Below are positions 60,300 through 64,000 of a DNA stretch of 64,000 nucleotides, piece by piece. The stretch lies in the NCBI GenBank assembly GCA_964106915.2, contig OZ066923.1; one strand, given 5' to 3'. Under the pieces are notes generated by a model, which saw only the letters and a program-made list of their open reading frames with translations, was not told the DNA's origin and did not search any database. Source of the stretch: Podarcis gaigeae (lineage: Eukaryota). A program made the position numbers and the translations under genes. Within the stretch, counting starts at the first letter, position 1. Each line of letters opens with the position of its first letter.

Positions 60300-63200
60300 G
60301 CATTTTATTTTAAAGCAGAGAATTCTAGACTATGAGAAGTGAAGCGGAGAATATCCATAAATCAGTAACCAGAGACACATTAAGTACAATCTAGATTATC
60401 TCTATATTTTTATTTGTCGGATTTGCTTTTTTCCGCAAAGCAGTATAACATCACAAAGATCAAAATAGAGACAATATCTTGTCTCTGAGCTCACATCAGT
60501 TATTACACAATAGGTACAAAACTAGGTAACTCTGTCTTATCATACAGCGTATATTTCCCCAGTCATTTATATACAAATAACTAAGCTACATGGAAAAATA
60601 GTAAAAACAAAATTCCAGAGGGTATGTTACTTGGTAAAAAAACAAAGTTGGGGGAGGAAAGAGAAGGCAAGGAAGGGAGCAGCGCTTAGAGTATTCGGGT
60701 GGGGTTGATGTATAAGAATGCATATTAAATGATTAGCCTCTAAGAATCCCTAATCAAGGGCCTACCCAACATAGCAGCTTCCAGGAGCAGTAGTTGGTGT
60801 TGTAGGGCTGCCCTGACCTGCCAGCTTTTCAGTAGCTGCAGTTTATTGGGAGGCAGCAGGAGGGATAAGGCAGCAACAAGATCAGCACGGTGCAAATGCA
60901 CCGGCAGAAGCACCAGATTGTCTCCATTGGTGTGTTTGCACTGTGCTGACCTCACTTCTGCCTTGTCCTTCCCCCTCCCAGTAAATTGGAGGCCAGGTAA
61001 GTAGCACAGCCCCACTCTGCCAACTGTTACTGTCCCCCCAAAAGATGTTGCTAGACTTCTCAATCATCCTTGACCATTGGCCATGCTAGCTGGAGCTGTA
61101 GTCCAGCAACATCTGGAGGGGGTGATGTTGGTCCAGCAACATCTGGAGGGGGTGATGTTGGCTACCCCTGCCCTGATGGAATGCAGGATCACTGCTGCAC
61201 TGAGGGTCAAGTTCTTTGGGCCTATCACTTTCCAGTCTTGTGGGAGAGCAAAAACACCTTCCCTCTATTAACAGCTTAGCACTGATGCCTTTCCATGACT
61301 CCACTTTGAAAAAAGCCACATAGCCTGAGACCTTTTGCTATTACTGGACCTTGTACATAGCTACTTGAAACTGCTACTCATAAGAAGCTCCAAGAAAAAC
61401 CAACTTCTATGCACAATATGTATTTATATATAGCTTATGTTAAAAATTATTTTTAAAAAATATAGAATTTTTCCCAACACGGAAATACCGGCAAGTCAGC
61501 AGCACAGACTTCAGCCACATCCTTCACCCAACCCATACAAAAAGGGAACTGGCCGTGAAGATTTGTTACAAATATGTGTAAATGTGTGTTGGAAGTGGTT
61601 GGAGAGTTGGGAAGTAAATGAGTCCCATAAAAACAGGCAAGAGTAAACTATTATCTCCTTCTCCAAAATTAGAAGTAAAAAACAACAAAACCAAAAAAGG
61701 GTAAAAGGTCATTTCAAAGGGCTCTTTGAAATCCATTCTGTTTCATGAGGAGGTATGTCATACTTCTGGAGGAAGAAGTCCTACTGCAGGCACAAAGGGA
61801 CAACTATTTTCTGGTGCAGGGACCTGACGCCAAATTCACAGCTGGTACAAGAGCAGCCCATTAGTCTTTTTTGCAATAAGAGCTGCATCACTGTGAAAGT
61901 GTGGTTGTGCTGCACGGGAAAGGGGAGAAACCAGAGCCCTCTCCTGTGTTCCAGTTCTGCAAAGGTGGCGTACAGCAGCTCATCAACTGGCTACATCTAG
62001 CTCAAAAGAGGGTCAGAACGAGGGCTTATGAGCATGCTTCAGCTACGGTGGCACAACTCACTGCTACGGCTCAGTAATTGGAGTGCCAGTTACAAAGAAC
62101 AGCTATGTGGGTCTGAGGGTTCCTTTTAAAGCAGCAACAGGATTTTAAAAGCCAACCCACAATAATATATTGCACACGTCTAACTGCAAAGAGAGGGATG
62201 TTTTTTTTTTATTTACAGAAACACGTTGCTTTTAAATATCTTCTCTTCTACTTCCTTCATCAATCCCTCAGGCTATTTCAAGCAGGGGATATGAATGGAG
62301 CTGTTGTGCTCCAGCATCCCACCTCCTGTCCGGTTTCTTCTGGAACATACAGTGTGAGTGCAAACCGCAGCAGCACAACCGTCCCTCTTCCTCCAAGAAG
62401 AGTAACCACAAGTTTTAGAAAACCTGCCTAGCCCCACACAAACACTCTTGTCCAACCAAGCACAGCTTGGATGAAGGATGCTGCTGCTGTACTTGAGCTC
62501 TGCATTAACTACGATGTGATGCATGGGTGAGATAGAATATTAAGGCACAGAGAAAAGGAACAAAAGAGTCAAACCCCAGAGATCCTCATTTCAAGACTCT
62601 TCACAGGAGGGGTTAAAATTACCGTAAAAGAGCAGGTGTCCATTAACCACAGCAAGCTGTGGGAGAGACACATATAGCAGCGTAGACCAGAACAAGCCTT
62701 ACTGGTAGTGAATGGGGAAGAGGAATCGAGAGAGGTGTCAGGAAAGGAAGAAGTCTAATGTTATTCCCCTTTTTTTGCGGGCAGTATTGATGCAGGCACA
62801 ATTAACCACAACGGCAGCAGAGAAGTACAACACACTGCAATTAATTCTATTGCCCTTTCCAGCTTTAAATCATCAAGCAAACCAAGGTGTCTGGTAAATT
62901 CAGTGACTGATAGGCTTTTCAGCTTGTAAAAGGGGCCTTGTGATTCTCACTTAGTGAACTTGTGCAAGTACAGGCCAGGCCTAGAGAGGTTAATGGAAAA
63001 CCAATGCATTTTTAAATCACATGGACTGAAGGGAATGTAGTGGCAAGGTAACAAATGCGCATCACAGATATGTTTACATCTGCTGGCGAAACTGCAGCCA
63101 GGCCGGTACAAAAGCAAGGGAAGAGAAGGTGGAATGTTCACCATCCCAGGCAAGCTGTATCCCACTGGCACTTAAAATTAACTATTAACAAAAGTAAAAT

Positions 63201-64000
63201 ATTGATGACAGCAAGAAGAACTGGTAATTTACAACACATGTTCTGGAATTTTAAAACACACCAGGATGTAAATGCCTAAGGAGGAGGATAGATGTGATAA
63301 AGACATTTTAGTATTAGGAGTTGCAGAACTACTCCTCCACAAGAGAAGTTACAAAAGAGAATGAAAAGAATGATGTGTTCTGCCTCTTCAAGTGAGTGCA
63401 ACTAGACATCACCCAACAGGTGGTTCCCAAGCGCCCACTCGAGAATCAGCCGGTGTGGTCCCCTACCCACAATGGATGAGGATGTGCAGCTTGACTCAAC
63501 AACCTGACTGGAATGTACATCCTTATCCTGTGTCCTGAACAATTGTGTGTGACTCTCTGAACGGTGGGCATTAGCTTCTAGCAAAAATGTTTCCAAAGAT
63601 GGGGCAAATCCTATTTTCAGAAAATGCATCGTATTCTCTTCAAGTGTTGGGCAAGGAACCCATCAGAAAAGCTACCTTTCTGCCTCAACAAGCATATTTC
63701 ACTTAGGCTCACTGTTCCAATCCAGAAGGTGTTTTTCTTCTTTTCCCTCTATCATACTTCTCCTACTATAAAGCAGAAAACCAATCCCTTCTGAAGCACC
63801 CAATGCTGAACGTTAGCAGAGGCAGAACATAAATGTGACTGTATTACTATGGAATATACTGTGCCTAAGGGAATTCTGGTCACAAGCCAAAAGTTGGTCA
63901 AAAGTTAATACTGGGGCAACAGTTAGAGACAGGGTTCAACCTATATACCAAATTAGGTCTAACAGGTGTCTAGAAGTGCATTTTAGTAGTGCAGTTGGAG
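60300..64000 (-). other. Possible 3' UTR of a convergent downstream gene (TMEM184B by synteny); no coding exon seen
   Basis: Known vertebrate order PLA2G6-MAFF-TMEM184B; largely TE-poor; minus-strand AATAAA candidates at about 60304 and 62208; minus-strand GTGCAATA at 62168-62175. Confidence 0.3.
61101..61160. repeat. Perfect 30-bp tandem duplication inside a MITE
   Basis: gtccagcaacatctggagggggtgatgttg x2. Confidence 0.95.

Overview
Eukaryotic (vertebrate) genomic DNA, almost certainly a squamate reptile and probably a lacertid lizard, judged from Sauria-type SINEs, a BovB LINE and abundant squamate-type MITEs. Two protein-coding genes are arranged head to head. PLA2G6 (iPLA2-beta) is on the minus strand: 16 coding exons were traced by hand from ATG 21156 to TGA 413, all with GT-AG introns, 2409 nt / 802 aa, with a CpG-island promoter at about 25.3-25.9 kb. 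MAFF is on the plus strand: coding exons 49396-49431 and 51809-52222, 149 aa, a probable first exon in the CpG island at about 30.8 kb and a long 3' UTR to about 55.6 kb. The right end may hold the 3' UTR of TMEM184B, by synteny only. The rest is TE-rich intron and intergenic DNA. Nearly all other ORFs in the track are noise or TE remnants. I found no convincing wholly new biological system. The best leads are (1) a cluster of candidate splicing switches in the PLA2G6 ankyrin-patatin linker, including a tandem-acceptor microexon giving either +8 aa or a stop, (2) loss of the calmodulin IQ motif and changes at two human disease residues, (3) a candidate internal MAFF promoter and Maf-site autoregulation, and (4) TE-level patterns: a solo LTR between the promoters, 7 co-oriented MITEs, and MITEs carrying ZNF143-like motifs.
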